Source: Neocallimastix sp. 'constans'
Lineage: Eukaryota
Length of the DNA: 64,000 bases
Assembly (NCBI GenBank): GCA_050613775.1
Contig: JBODTK010000102.1
Coordinates: 62,001 to 126,000 of the forward strand
Reading direction: 5' to 3'
Part shown: positions 1 to 13,151 of the stretch, in pieces
How positions within the stretch are numbered: position 1 is the first letter of the stretch
How the letters are laid out: every line of letters starts with the position of its first letter
Notes under the pieces: model-generated
What the model was told of the DNA's origin: nothing
The model's input: the letters and a program-made list of their open reading frames with translations, nothing else
Databases searched by the model: none
Position numbers and translations under genes: made by a program

Positions 1-19
1 GAAATTTTTTTTAGACAGG

Positions 20-820
20 GAAGAGAATACGCTTCCATAATTTTATTAAATTTTATTATAAAAAATACATATGGAACTTCATTTAAAGCTGAAGTTCCAC
101 CAAGAAGAAACATGTAATTAAAATGTTTGATATAATCTTCAAAATCAGAAGTAGAGTCATAGGAATAAAGAGGATTAAACGCTCTAATCTTCCTAACGAA
201 CAAAACATAGAGATCATCGATAAAATTTAAATAATTTCATCTGAAAAATACAAAAGTATTTCATTTAAAAATCCAATGCTCAAAAAATTGATTACTTTTA
301 CCACAACAGGGGCAAGTCGTAGGAAAATATTCTGAAATTCTACCCATTCTAATAGCAATAGTAGTATTGTATTTATAACCACAGTGTAAACGTATAATCC
401 ACCAAAATCCTAAGTTGATTTGGGGATATTTTAAGCTAAGCTTTATTATAATTTTATTATTTGAGAACTTGTTACTATTGTAATTTTGACCTGTAATACC
501 TTGAAATTTGGAAACTGAATTCCAGTAACGTTCTATAATATCATCATATTTCATACATTTATAATTTTTGATTTTTTTGTAAAGTGTTCTAGATCTTTAG
601 TCCAGGAATAATAAAGCATTTTGGGAATAGACTTAATAAGATCCTTTATAATACAATTTGATTTACTACATTTTGCATAAGATTTAACTTATAAGGCTGC
701 GCAGATACCAGCAATAGGAGGGATGCATAGATCACGAGATAAAGCTATAGTAGAATTATGTCTAATATAGTAATTGTTTTCTGAATTTGTTTTGCTATTT
801 TTAAAGTACCCATCGAAAGC
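20..820 (-). mobile_element. Degenerate 3' end of a non-LTR (LINE-like) retrotransposon ORF2, including the C-terminal Cys/His zinc-binding region
   Basis: ORF 261..554 ends in RLHCGY...CPCCGKSNQFFEHWIF, the C-P-x-C...E-H-W-I pattern of LINE ORF2 C-termini. Upstream minus-strand frames read ALSRDLCIPPIAGICAA, broken by stops and frameshifts. Confidence 0.6.
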
Positions 821-2286
821 TAATGTTAAATTCAGATTATTTTAAGTTAATCTTTAGGTAGTCTCTAGTTTTTTCAAATTTATTTTTATTATTAGCTTTA
901 ACCTTGATTAGTTTTACTGTCATATCTCTATTCCAGTAAATGCTTAAAATTTCCTTTTTTGATGAAAATTAATCTAAATCTGATATATACTATTCATTTT
1001 CCATCAACTGTCCATGGCCCTTGAAAAACAATCCATATCATTGTGGGGTTTTGTTCAGGGTAATATAGAATTTTCAAAACTTTTAAATATAAGGAGAGAA
1101 TATAAGCTACATTTTAAAAGAATAAAAATATATAATTCGTAATAATTTTATATTTGTAACTTTTTATTATAAATAATATTAATAAAGTTGACATAATTTT
1201 TAAATCTAGTTTTTATAACTTCAATAATATTAAAATATTCTTCTTCTTTAGTGAAATTTAAAATAAATATTATTTTTTTTTGAATTAAAATTTTTTATTA
1301 ATAAAATTTAAAATTAAAAATTTTTGGAATTTAAATTTAATAAAGAAATTTTATAGAAAATAACCAAAAATTAAAATAACATATAAAAAATAATATAAAA
1401 AAAAATATAAAACATAAAAAAAAATTTCGAATTATAGAAAATTTAATATAATATAGATTAAAAATCAGTTCATAATTAAAAAAAATTTCAGTATGACTTA
1501 GATTAATAAATAGTAACATGATAAGTAATAAAATTTAATATAAGTAAAATAACCCCTTTAAAAAAAACTGTGTGGTGTCCATTAAACTCTTACTTGAAAA
1601 TAAAAAAATTTTCTCATTGAGAGAATTATTATTTATAGTTTCGTTGAACGAAAGTAGATTGAAAAATATTACTATTATAAAAACAAAAAGTAAATAAATT
1701 TGTTTATAATAAAATAATAAATTATTTAATAATATATTTTCATAAAAATAATAAAAAACATTATAATATATATATAATATAATGTTTGACTTGAATAATC
1801 TATAAGACAAATACATTTTTTTAATTAAATAATTATATAATTTTAAAGATATGCCTTTATAAATAATAAATATTTTTATTTAACTTTAATGACAGAAGTG
1901 AAAAAAAAAATTATAAATTTTAGTTTTAAATTTTTTTATTTATTAATAAATATTCAATAATTAAATATTTTTAATTTTTTATTAATCATCAAATTAATAG
2001 AAGCTATTGTAAATAAATATAAAATACTGATTTTTATTATTGAATTATTTTAAAAAAGTTTACATATTTTAAAATTATAATATATTTTTTATAAAAAGCT
2101 TTTTGTATAAAAATTAAATTAAAAATAATAATAATTATATATCATAATTTCTTATTTTTTATTTTTTTTATATTAAAATAATAAATAAATAAATAAATAA
2201 ATAAAATTTTATTTTAAACTTTTATATAAAGTTTAGATGACATACATACTTCATATTTTTTAATGATTTTAATTTTTTTAATCATA

Positions 2287-4112
2287 TCAAGCAGTATTAG
2301 TTTTTTTTGTACATACTCCATTATTACATTCAAATTCCAAAACATTAGTTATTTTGTTATCCTCCATTGGACATGTATCACCTTTTTCAATAACTTTTAG
2401 ATTTCCACTACTACTATTATTAACATAGACATATTTCACATTATTATTGTATTTTGAGTTTAATGTAATTACTTGATCCTTTATTGATATAATTGCAAAT
2501 TTTCCTTTTGAAGTGAATAAGGTATCCTCCTCTGAGTTACTACTACCATTGTCACTATTACCTTTTCTTCCACTACCAGTTACCATATAATTTCCGTTAT
2601 TGCTTTTTAATATATCAACTGAAATTTTACCATCAAGACAAATTGAAAGTTTATTGTCTTTATAAACAATTCTTCCAATTGCATTACTGTCACATACACC
2701 AACAGTATCATCTTTTCTACAGGTAGTATTGGAACAGAAATAAATTGTATCCTTATCTACAATATAGTAACCTGTTTCTGTAATTTGTATACATTCTTTT
2801 TCTGTCTTACAATAGTATAATAATCCAGATCCAGTAGCAATATTATTAAGTGTTTTTTCATGAACAAGATAATAGGAATTTTCAACACAATTTGTTCCTG
2901 TATTAATGTCACATTCTTTTGGGCAATATTTATCATCTACTGGAATAACACTTCCTTCCCCAATTTTAATGCAAACTTTACTACCATCACTAAGGCCTAA
3001 AAAATTATCTTCATCATCTTCATTATCAACAGGATTATTTACAGTAATTGAAATATATTTAATATTTTCCGTATTAGATTGAATTTCAATAATATCTTTT
3101 TCATCTTCAGAATCTGAAGTACAAATATAACCTTTTTTTGATCCATCTTTTTCTTTTTTTACAATAACATCACCAGCACCAAAACAAATATTATCATCTT
3201 CTACAATATCACAATATTCATTTTCTTTTTCACATACAATTATTTTCCCTTCAGAATTACCAGAATTTGTATTGATAAAATATCCTGAAATATTTTCCTC
3301 TACATAACATCCTTGTTCAGTACATGTAATAATACTATCTTTTTCTTCCTCCATTGAAATATAATGATCAACTGAATTATTTGATGCTCTATTGTTAATT
3401 TTTTCGCAGTTAAATTCAGCATTACTACTATCTCCATTACTTCTACGACTTTGATGATTGACATTATTTCCTTCACATTTTATTAATTCGTTATATTTAT
3501 TTTCAGTATTTTTAGAAGCACCATCTAAGTAAAAAGTGGTTTCATTCGAATCTATTGGAAATTCAGTAATTAAACTACAGTTACCCTCACTTTTACATTT
3601 AAATAATTCATTACTTGAGTCATTTGATTTATTTTGATTTAAATAATACCCAGCTTCAGTTATTTCTGAACAGCTATTAGAAGAAGAGCATTTAAATAAA
3701 TATTTACCTGAATTATCTTCAGAACAATCAGTTCCTTTATTACATTTTGCATTAAATAAATAATATTCTTTTACACCTATCATAATAATGTATTAATATT
3801 GAAATTTTTTTTCGTTAAATTTTTTATATTTATTGGTAACTTACATCCATCCCATTGATTACTACTTGAATTAAAAGTACAGCCTGTACCTATGTATTAG
3901 ATGTTAAATTTAAATTTATTAATTAAAAAATTAAATATTTTTTAATAAAGAAATATTTTTAATTTTTTTAATTAAAATTAATTTATTTTATATTTATTAA
4001 TAACTTCTATATTTTATTATTTATTAATATATTTAATAATTGAAAGTTTAACCTGCATATACTAAATTGAATATTAATGTAATTAATAATATTATAGACC
4101 TAATATTTTCAT
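2287..4112 (-). CDS. Secreted Cys-rich scaffoldin-like protein (fungal cellulosome Sca-type GYY repeats); exons approx. 4112-4053, 3889-3845, 3776-2287
   Basis: Repeated C..C...GYY/GYF modules (EAGYYL, ISGYFI, ETGYYI) and a C-terminal YVYVN...CP...EFECNNGVC. GT-AG introns join in frame: ...LIFNLVYA-G|TGCTFNSSSNQWDG-C|VKEYYLFN. Exon 1 encodes a signal peptide but is one base short of the ATG frame. Confidence 0.75.
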
Positions 4113-6029
4113 ATATTAAATATAATTAATATAAGATATTATTTAAAGTATTTTATAAAAAAATTACATAACTACCATGTATAAATATATTAAAATATTT
4201 ACTTTAGAAAAAATCGTATACCCATTTTTTAGAAATTATATTTAATTAGTTTTGAATTAAATAAAATTATAAAGTTGATTTTAGTAGTATGAAAATTTTA
4301 AATATTTATTAAATTAAAAATGTAAATAATAAATATTTAATAAATATTCATATTTTAATAATAATAAAAAAAAGTGAAAAAATATATTTATAATATAATT
4401 CAATCCTATTAATATATTTTACTTTATTTTTAATTATTTTTTATTTTCGTATATTACAATCAAATTTATATTCGTTTTTTTTGTAATATTTTCGTTATTA
4501 AAAGGTTATTTTTGTTACTTTCTTATTAAATAATTCTAATAATTTTATTTTAATTCATTACAATAATAATTTTCATCAATAAATAAATGAATTTCAAATT
4601 TTAATCATGAAAAATATTTTATATTAAATTAATACTATTAATGTTGTTATTAGTATTTTTGTTGATTTTTTATTTTCTTTAAATTATTAATTATTATTTA
4701 TTATATAGAGATTATTATAAATAATTTATTTTTATATTTTTATAATTCAATATATCTATATATCAATTTTTCAATACTAAAATAAAATAAAATAAATTAA
4801 TGAAAGATTTAAAAGAGAACTTCAAATAAATAAATTAGAAAAAATTTTATAATATTAAATAAATATAATTCATTTATATTTACTTTTAACATTACAAAAA
4901 GAATAAGCAAATTATTAAATATATATTGAATTGTAATTAAAAGTTATTTTTCTAAAATAATCAATTATTAAAATCAAAAAAATCAATAAGAAATCTAAAT
5001 AATTTATTAACAATTATTATAAAATAATTATAATGTTTATTATACACCTGCCATCAACAAAAAACTTTTTATTAAAGGTTAATATAGTAAAGTAAAATTA
5101 TAAAATTATTTTAAATACTTAAAATAAATAATCAATAATCGTTTATGAAAACTACAACAATTAATTAGTAAAAATAATTTGGAATTATAATTATAAATAG
5201 ATATTTCATTTAAACAATATTAATAATAAAATCATGAATGTAAGGACGAAAATTCCAGAGAAGCTTAATTATAAAAAAATAGAAAGCAACCACTTGCTGT
5301 TCTTGTTATTATTATATTGCTTTAGTTAATTAGGCAACAATTAAAAATATCAAAAGCCTAATTAAATAAAAATTTAAAATAACAATATAATTTCAATGAA
5401 TATCATTATAGAAATAAAATTTGTCAAATATTTAAATGGATTCTTTTTAAATAAATTAAAATATACTAAAGAAAATTCTGAATAAGCAATTAAAAATACA
5501 CATTAAAACATAGAATTAGTGAGTGAAAATAAAATCATAATAAAATAAATTAAATAATCGTTCAATCTTAATTAAAGATTCACTAAATTCTTAAGTAGTA
5601 TTCCATAGAATAAATCTTAAAACTTATTATTAACTGAAAAAAATAATATTTAATTACTATTGAATAATTATTATAATTATTAATTTATAACAATTACTTT
5701 TACTTTTATCTTTATTTTTAATTTTATCATTATTATTATCTATTTTATTTAATTTATTATTATTATAACTATTAGTACCATTAGTAAGTAATGAATTATA
5801 AATTTCGAATCCATTAATAATTGATTATTAATTCAATATTCAATATTTTATTTTCAGCTCGATTAGTTGACTACGAATTTTCAATTTAAATTGCTAATTA
5901 TTTTATATAATTTTTAGCTTAATTAATATTAGCAGATCATTTTTATTTAATTAAATGGTAAAATTTATTTATATAATTATTTAATACTTTTTTAATTATT
6001 TTAATAAATTTATATTATATAAGTATTTT

Positions 6030-6365
6030 AATAATAATATGTATATATATCAAGCTGAAAAGATAGCATCGTCAGCCGATATTATTTAAAAAAATAATAA
6101 ATAAATATAAATAAAAATATAAATAAAATTAAATTAATATCATCAAGATGAAAAATTAATAGTAAACTGATGATATTAATGTAAATTTGAAATTAAAAAC
6201 ACTACTATTAATATAAAAGTAAAATTTAATTAAAAATAATAATAAAAAATTAATTAATAGTTTTTCATTAAATAAAATTATAAATAAATCATATTATACA
6301 TATTTTATTAAATATATTAAAATGAAATTATGAAATAAATCAATAAGTAGAAATTAACAAATTGA
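6030..6365 (+). repeat. Orphan copy of a retroelement leader region, homologous to ~39770-40090
   Basis: Colinear similarity: tatatcaag..aaaagatag..gtcagcc..aaattaatatcatcaa.atgaaa..actactattaatataaaa..aaattatgaaataaat is present at both places. Confidence 0.6.
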
Positions 6366-6600
6366 AAAAACAGACTTCCATATAATGGGTACCCATCTCC
6401 CATATTGCCATAGAGTTATTAATTAACTGTAAGGTGATGAATTATTGGTATACTGTAAGAGCTTCGCCGCTCTCAATCGTCGTCACACACTGCCTGGAAA
6501 TGTATTCCTAACGTTCCTACATATATCTCCATTGACCACGAGCATCAGAACGTAATCATTAACTCCTCCCTAGTGGGTGTAATCATTGGAGATTGAAAAT

Positions 6601-6685
6601 TGTTAGAATACAAAAAAAAATAAATACTTAATAATGACTTTAATATAATTCAGCCAATCAGAATATTATTATATTTAAATAAAAT
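6601..6685 (+). repeat. LTR 5' fragment (type A), interrupted by another LTR at 6686
   Basis: Starts TGTTAGA and matches 16815-16905 (aaataaatac.taataatgactttaa...ccaatcagaatattattatatttaaataaaatt). Confidence 0.6.
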
Positions 6686-7507
6686 TGTTAGAAATATAAA
6701 TATTAAAGCCTATAATTATATTAATTTAAGGAGTAGTGTTATATATGTTAATATATTTTGTGTAAGTTACATGACCAATAATAATAACGAGCTATACATT
6801 ATAACTATAAATATCATAAAATAAAAAATACTAATTTACATGTATTCTTTTATAATAAGAGTCTCAATCTCACCAAATTGAGCAAATTAAAAATTAAATA
6901 TTGAGTCATGTCTCTAAAATAAAAAAAGATAAATTTACAAATATATTATTAATTTCATTCCTTAGATATTTATCAAAATAATTGACGTTATATATATATA
7001 TATAATAAAATAAAATAAAAAATAATAATAAGTTATTTTGATCAAAAAAAAAATTAAAATTTAATTATTATGTATACATGAGAAACCAAATAAAACATAA
7101 ATAAATAAAAAAGTTAGCTGAATTTGGTCAGCAACATTAATAAATAAAAAGTTATCTGAATTTGGTCAGCAACATTAATAAATAAAAAGTTATCTGAATT
7201 TGGTCAGCAACATAAATAAATAAAAAAAAGGTTAGCTGAATTTGATCAGCGTTTGTACAAAGTAGAAAGTTGTGCTAAATATTAGTCAGCGTTTATTTAA
7301 AAAAAAAAAACAAAATAATAAATTTTTATTTTGTATTCATTTAGAAATAATTATAATAATAAAAAGAATTAAAATTAATAAAATATATATATAATTAACA
7401 TTTTATTAATTATATAATGTTTTATAATACTATTTTTATTTGCCTTAAAATTATACAACATACAAAATATAATAATATTATATAAGATATTAATTATTAA
7501 ATAAATT
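6686..7507 (+). mobile_element. 5' LTR, tRNA-Lys-half PBS and leader of a copia-family element, interrupted by the element at 7508
   Basis: The TGTTAGAAAT... LTR is homologous to those at 39300, 29879 and 52270. It is followed by aataagagtctcaatctcaccaaattgagc (6854-6883) and a hairpin tandem array. Confidence 0.7.
7093..7293 (+). repeat. Tandem array, ~38-bp period, 4 good units plus 1 degenerate unit, with hairpin core GCTGA-atttgg-TCAGC
   Basis: ctgaatttg.tcagc starts at 7118, 7156, 7194 and 7236. The inter-core sequence is near-identical, with no unique spacers. Confidence 0.9.
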
Positions 7508-7698
7508 TTTTAAACACTAAAATTATAGAAGTACACTTATAAAGTATGTAATATTAATATAGCATTTTTATTTATTATATAAAAACAAGATTAACTACAT
7601 TTTTATGAACTATTTGTAATTTTCTTATCTTATTTTGTTTGTATGTAAAATATGATTGGTAGACACTATGTTCGACACATTAATATTGTCGTTTAACA
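7508..7698 (-). repeat. 3' LTR of the copia element
   Basis: Direct repeat of 12819-13009; on the minus strand it reads TGTTAAACGAC...GTGTTTAAAA. Confidence 0.95.
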
Positions 7699-7713
7699 CT
7701 CCCCCTCAAATCT
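7699..7713 (-). other. Polypurine tract
   Basis: Minus-strand AGATTTGAGGGGGAG lies directly before the TG of the 3' LTR. Similar tracts occur at 20180, 34049, 40312 and 54232. Confidence 0.9.
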
Positions 7714-7743
7714 AACTATCCGTAAAGATATGTGAGATTTGTC

Positions 7744-10700
7744 TCAGTGGTCTTTCACTTCCGTGAGTAGTGAATTTCTAAATTTGTCCATTAGGGAGTT
7801 ACAAAGATACTTTGTAAATCCATCGGCTAGATTTTCTTTAGAATTAATATATTTCAAATTTATTTTATTTTCCTTAATAAGTTCCCTTACGTGATGATAT
7901 TTGATGTCGATATGCTTTGATCTTGAGTTTATTGATTGATTCTGACAGTTGTATATTGCGGCCTTATTATCAATGTTAATGGTAACGGAATTTATATTTA
8001 TATTCAATTCGTTTAATATGTTCATGTACCATAGGCTATGCTTTGCACACTCACTAACACCATAATATTCCAATTCAGCAGTAGATGTCGCTACACACTT
8101 CTGTAGCTTAGAATACCAGCTAGTTGGCGCATTTCCAATCATCATCAAGAATCCAGAGGTTGACTTTCTCGATTCGGTGTCGCCCGCGAAATCTGCATCC
8201 ACGTATACCTTCAACGACCTTTCCTTTGTGAATTTTATCCCGTAGTTTATAGTATAACTCAGATACTTGAATATTCGTTCAACATTGGCCCAATCCTCTA
8301 AAGTTGGATTCTTATTCTTTCTAGCAGCCCTGCTTACGGCGAACATTATATCAGGCCTAGTACAGACAGCTAGATAGATTAATTTTCCAATTGCACTCCT
8401 ATATAATGTTTCGTCGCACTTTCTTTTTCTTAAATTAAGATTCTCAATGGGTTTCAAGTTTTTAACGGGTAAGCAATCTTTTAGTTTAAACTTAACTAAT
8501 AATTCTTTTATGTAACCTCGTTGTTGCATGAAATATCCATCGTAATATTTTTTAAATTTTATTCCAATGACGAAATCAATATCACCTATATCTTTAATAT
8601 TAAAATATACTTTAATTTGTTCTTTTACATATAAAATTTCTTTTTATTTACCTATCAGTAATATATCATCTACGTAGACCGCTACAATACATAGAACCTC
8701 TTTTGATTCGTTTTCCATGATGTATAGGCACGGTTCACTAATTAATCTTCGGAATCCAATCTTTGTGAGTGTGTTGTTCAATGTCTCGTTTCATTCTCGG
8801 CCTGCCTGCTTTAATCCATACAAGGCTTTGTTGAGTTTTAAGAATCCTTTGTTGTGCATCGGGTGTCCCTTTGGTGCCTTGATATAGATGTTTTCATTTA
8901 GGTCGGCATTTAAGTATACGGCGTTAACGTCAATTTGCATTATTCGGTAGTTTCTTTGTACTGCGAGAGCAACGATAATTCATAGTGAGTCTAGTTTTAA
9001 TGTGGGGGAGAAGGTGAAGGTATAGTCTATTCCATACCTTTGAGTGAAGCCTCTAGCTACTAGACGGGCTTTTCTTTTTATGATATTCCCATCGGCGTCC
9101 CTTTTATATTTTAGTACCCACTTACAGGATATGATATTAGCACCAGTAGGTAAGGATTTGGTGGTATTGAAAACCTTAAGTTTTTCCATTTTCTTAAGTT
9201 CCTCGTTTATGGCTTTTAACCAGTCGTCTTTGTCAGGTAGGCTAAAGATGTCATCAAAGTCATTTGGTTCTTTGAGTTTTTGATTATCATTACGTTTTCT
9301 GGTGTTTATTTGGTTTAATTCAGTGGTTGTGTCGTTTGTTTTGTTTTCATTGTGTGAGGAAATATTGTTATAATTTATCTTATTGCTGTTGTCGATTTGT
9401 CCATGCGAGTTTTGTGGATTGTAAGAAAAGTTATTAAAATTATTAAATTTGTTTAACATATAGGTGTTGCTCCCCCTGATTTCGGAAATTGGCATAAAGT
9501 TTGGGAAATTTCTAGGAACTGGGAGAGATATTTTGGAGTTTCCAGGAGTATCTTCGAAGAATTCGACTGAACGAGAGAGAACGATCTTATTATTAGCTAT
9601 GTTCAGAATTTTATAGGAATTAGTTAATGGGTGATAACCCAAGAAGATACCTGGAAGGGAATTATTGTCGAATTTGTTTCGTTGTGATTTAGGAACAAAG
9701 AAAAAGACCTTACAACCGAAGACTTTAAAATGTGAATAATCCATTTTAGTTTTGAATAATAGTTCAAAAGGGATTTTGTTGTTGATGCCAGAGTGGGGAA
9801 TACGATTCTGTATGTAATTAGCAGTGTCTACCGCGTATTCCCAGAATTCTTTACTAAGTTGTGAATCATTAAGTAGAGATTTAGCTGAACTAATGAGGGT
9901 GCCATTAAATCGTTTAGCTCTCCCATTTTGTTGAGGATTATGAGGGATAGTGAACTGTTGAACAATACCTCTCTGAGAGCAGAAATACTTGAATTTATTG
10001 TTCGTAAATTCCGTACCATTGTCGGTACGAATGTAAGTGATGGTCTTATTAAATATATTTTCAATAGATTTAACCCATAAAGTGAACTTTTCGAAAATGT
10101 CACTCTTGTTTTGGATGAAGAGGACCCAACCAAAACGAGAATAGTCATCAAGGATGGATAGGAAATATTTATTGGAATGAATAGATTCTACTACTGGACC
10201 CACTAGGTCCATGTAAATTAGTTCAAAAGGAGCTTTGGCTCTGTTGTTTGATTTCCGATGAGGTAAGTTTCTTTGTTTTGATTGAGAGCATATTGGACAT
10301 TTAGATTTGATATTAATTTTTAATAGTTTATTTTTAATAGGGTTAATGTTGAAGTGCCCAAGGCGTCTGTGCCATAAATTAATTTTATCTAATTTGTTTA
10401 GAGTAGAGAGGTGCATCAATAAGGTTTTGTTGTGTTTTGGTTCGTTGTTTGAAATTAGCTTGTTCGATAGCCATAAAGTAAAAATATTCTGGCTGTTTGA
10501 ACTAACGTTAATGATTCTTTTGCCGGAATCATTGTAAATGGTTAAATAAGGTTTGTTGTTGTAATTGAAAAATATAATTTTATAGTGTTGTTGGATAAGT
10601 TTGGTAACTGATATTATATTTTTGTTTATGTTATCGACGTAGAACACGTTCTTTAATATAAATTTTGAATTGTCAATATATCCGGTAAAATTACCGTAAG

Positions 10701-11922
10701 CGGAGGCAACAATTGTCTTACCGTTTGGGAGAATAACTTCTTCATTACATTTTTTAATATCTGTAAGTAAGTCAATACATCCCGTGATATGTATGGATGC
10801 TCCTGAGTCTATTATCCATTGTGATATGTGGATTTGTGGATAGTGGTTATTGCTGACAGTGTTTGTAATACAATTTAATAATATCCCATTTTCGGTATTA
10901 CGGTCTTCGAAAATATCTTGAGGTTTTTCAATGGCGTTCACTTGATTCTTACGTTGGTTCCTAATATACTTGGAGGTACTTGGAATGTTGTTACAATAAT
11001 TCTTTCTGAGGTTCTTTTTGAATGGTTTCCTTTTGAATCTGTATTTGGCCTTGTTTCTGCATTCATAAGAGTAATGTCCAAAAGTACCACAGTTGAAGCA
11101 TTTACCATTTTTTCTTTTTCTTGTTGTGATAACCTTAGAAATTTTGTTCCTATTCTTGGCTTGGGATTCAACTAGGAACAATTTGTTCTCTTCCGTCTTG
11201 GATATCTCTCTAGTGTTGGAGAATATGATGTCTGGAATGACATCCTTAACGTAATTGCAGAGTTGCTTCCAATCATTTTTATATTGGAAAACATTTATAA
11301 ACCTTAGGTTTTCAGGGAGTGACCTATTCAAAATACCAGCCTTGACAGGGTCACTTAACTCATAGTCAATATTTTCTAGCTCATCTATTGCGTTTTGGAG
11401 TTTAGCAATGAAAATGTTAATGTCGTCTTCTTCGTTGTATTTCAAATTATTTATTTTGCTTTTAATTTCAAGTTTCCTTTTCTCTGGACTCATTGTGAAG
11501 GACTTTTCTAATGTAATCCATATTTGATGAGCTGTCTTTCCATTACCTTCAATTATTTTCTTTGTATTCTCTCCTAGGCTGTTGGTAATGATCCATTTTA
11601 CCATCACATCGTTTTTTATATCTTTTAACGATGTGTTCTTATCGTATACTAGGCTGGGGTCAAACTTGTCTTCAAGGTAGTTATCAAGGTCATCCCTAAG
11701 ATTTCTTTTTCTAAGTTTCTTTATTTTTTCTTCTATTACGTATCCTTCAAGGTTGTTAATCATCAGAAGATATAGAATGTTCGTTCTCCAGCTGGGGTAA
11801 TTTTCTGTAGATAGTTCAATAACACGATTGAAATTTTCCGAGTAATTGAACGTGATACCTTTTGTTAAGGTTTCATCTGTGTCATCAATAGTTATAGGTA
11901 TGTTGTTTCTGTTTATACTCAT
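7744..11922 (-). pseudogene. Copia gag-pol polyprotein in a single frame, inactivated by two in-frame TGA stops
   Basis: Zinc knuckle CFNCGTFGHYSYEC, protease WIIDSGASIH, WHRRLGH..CPIC, integrase IYMDLVGP/IRTDNGTEF, RT KARLVARGF and YVDD, RNase H YVDADFAGD/NLADGFTK. ORFs 8980..11922 and 7744..8529 share a frame, with stops at 8980-8982 (DSL*II) and ~8791-8793 (GRE*NE). Confidence 0.95.
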
Positions 11923-12118
11923 ATTGTTATCTCCCTTTTGAATTTTGGATAAATGTTTTCTTAATAAAAAATTTTTTTTGTTCGTTTACTAAGTCTTTAA
12001 GAACTTTATGTTAGCATATGATGTGATTGAATATTGAATGTTTGTTTGTTTTATTTTATTATATTATTTAATTTAATTGGTTGAAATACTATTATTTGAT
12101 TTGTTGAATGATTAATAC

Positions 12119-12181
<63 letters not shown>

Positions 12182-12674
12182 GTTAAATTTAATTGGTTAA
12201 GTAATAATTATGGTAATTTTAATGTATTTAAATTATTGGTTTAAATTTTGATATTAAGGTTTTTCATTGTTTTATATATCTATATAGGAATAATTAAATT
12301 CACCTTTAATTTATTATTAATTTAATATATATTTTTATTTTAAATTCTATTCGATAAATTATTTGTTTATTCATTTGTTCTTAACGCGAATTATATTTCC
12401 TTTTAAATCTTATTATTTAATTGAAATTTTAATAAGATTTAGTTTTGTCACTGACTATTTTCAGTGTGACGTTTATTATTTGCTGCTGACAATTCAGCGT
12501 AGCATTATTTACCTTTTATTTGCTGCTGACTATTTCAGCATAGCATTATTTATTTCTTATCTATGTAAGCCTTTTTTTTTTTTTTTTTTTTTTTTTTGTA
12601 TATAAATTAAAAAAATGAATTGTTTTTCATCTTTTAAATATATATGTATAATGTTGAATTTGATTAAAAAAATT

Positions 12675-12705
<31 letters not shown>

Positions 12706-12804
12706 GGTATTTTAAGATATTAATTAGTAAGAATATATTTTATTATTTATTTTTTTTATACTATATATATTTTAATACTTAGCTTTATATGAGTTGAGGT
12801 GAGA

Positions 12805-12818
12805 TGAGACTCTTAATC
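12805..12818 (-). other. Primer-binding site complementary to the anticodon arm of tRNA-Lys(CUU)
   Basis: Plus-strand TGAGACTCTTAATC matches the anticodon stem-loop of eukaryotic tRNA-Lys(CTT) as recalled, and it abuts the LTR with no spacer. Confidence 0.85.
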
Positions 12819-13009
12819 TTTTAAACACTAAAATTATAGAAGTACACTTATAAAGTATGTAATATTAATATAGCATTTTTATTTATTATATAAAAACAAG
12901 ATTAACTATGTTTTTATGAACTATTTGTAATTTTCTTATCTTATTTTGTTTGTATATAAAATATGATTGGTAGACACTATGTTGGACACATTAATATTGT
13001 CGTTTAACA
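12819..13009 (-). repeat. 5' LTR of the copia element
   Basis: Direct repeat of 7508-7698. Confidence 0.95.
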
Positions 13010-13151
13010 ATAATTTTATTCATTTATAAATTTTAACTAAGTATAATTAACAATATATCATGATTTTTTTTAAAAAAAAAAAAAAAACGTTTCATATTTA
13101 ATGGGAGAATAAATAAATTTTATAAAAAAAAATTAATGATATAAAGGACAA

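Larger units (their letters stand above)
7508..13009 (-). mobile_element. Near-complete Ty1/copia LTR retrotransposon (5.5 kb)
   Basis: Two 191-bp LTRs (7508-7698, 12819-13009; 4 mismatches by eye), a PBS abutting the 5' LTR, a PPT abutting the 3' LTR, and gag-PR-IN-RT-RH domain order. Confidence 0.97.

Noticed and set aside
1337..1816. Hydrophobic F/I/L/Y/N-rich short ORFs (also 12363, 22905, 27098, 49378, 54951, 60394)
   Set aside because: They are expected by chance in very AT-rich DNA and have no recognisable domain. ORF 1535..1816 could be an exon, but I cannot support that.
7501..7507. TSD for the intact copia element
   Set aside because: The left flank (AAATT, or ATAAA if shifted two bases) does not exactly match the right flank ATAAT, so no TSD is claimed.
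8980..8982. Programmed stop-codon readthrough in pol
   Set aside because: The stop lies inside RT at an expected Arg codon, a second stop follows, and the integrase Glu is also mutated. This is ordinary decay.
9044..11175. Short antisense or alternate-frame ORFs overlapping gag-pol (also 28004, 29102, 29106, 54654, 59120, 60150)
   Set aside because: They are shadow ORFs of retroelement coding sequence with no independent motifs.
12118..12179. (TA)n plus long poly-T as a retrocopy poly(A) tail
   Set aside because: It lies within the copia leader, and the sister copy has short runs at the equivalent place (~27665), indicating simple slippage expansion.
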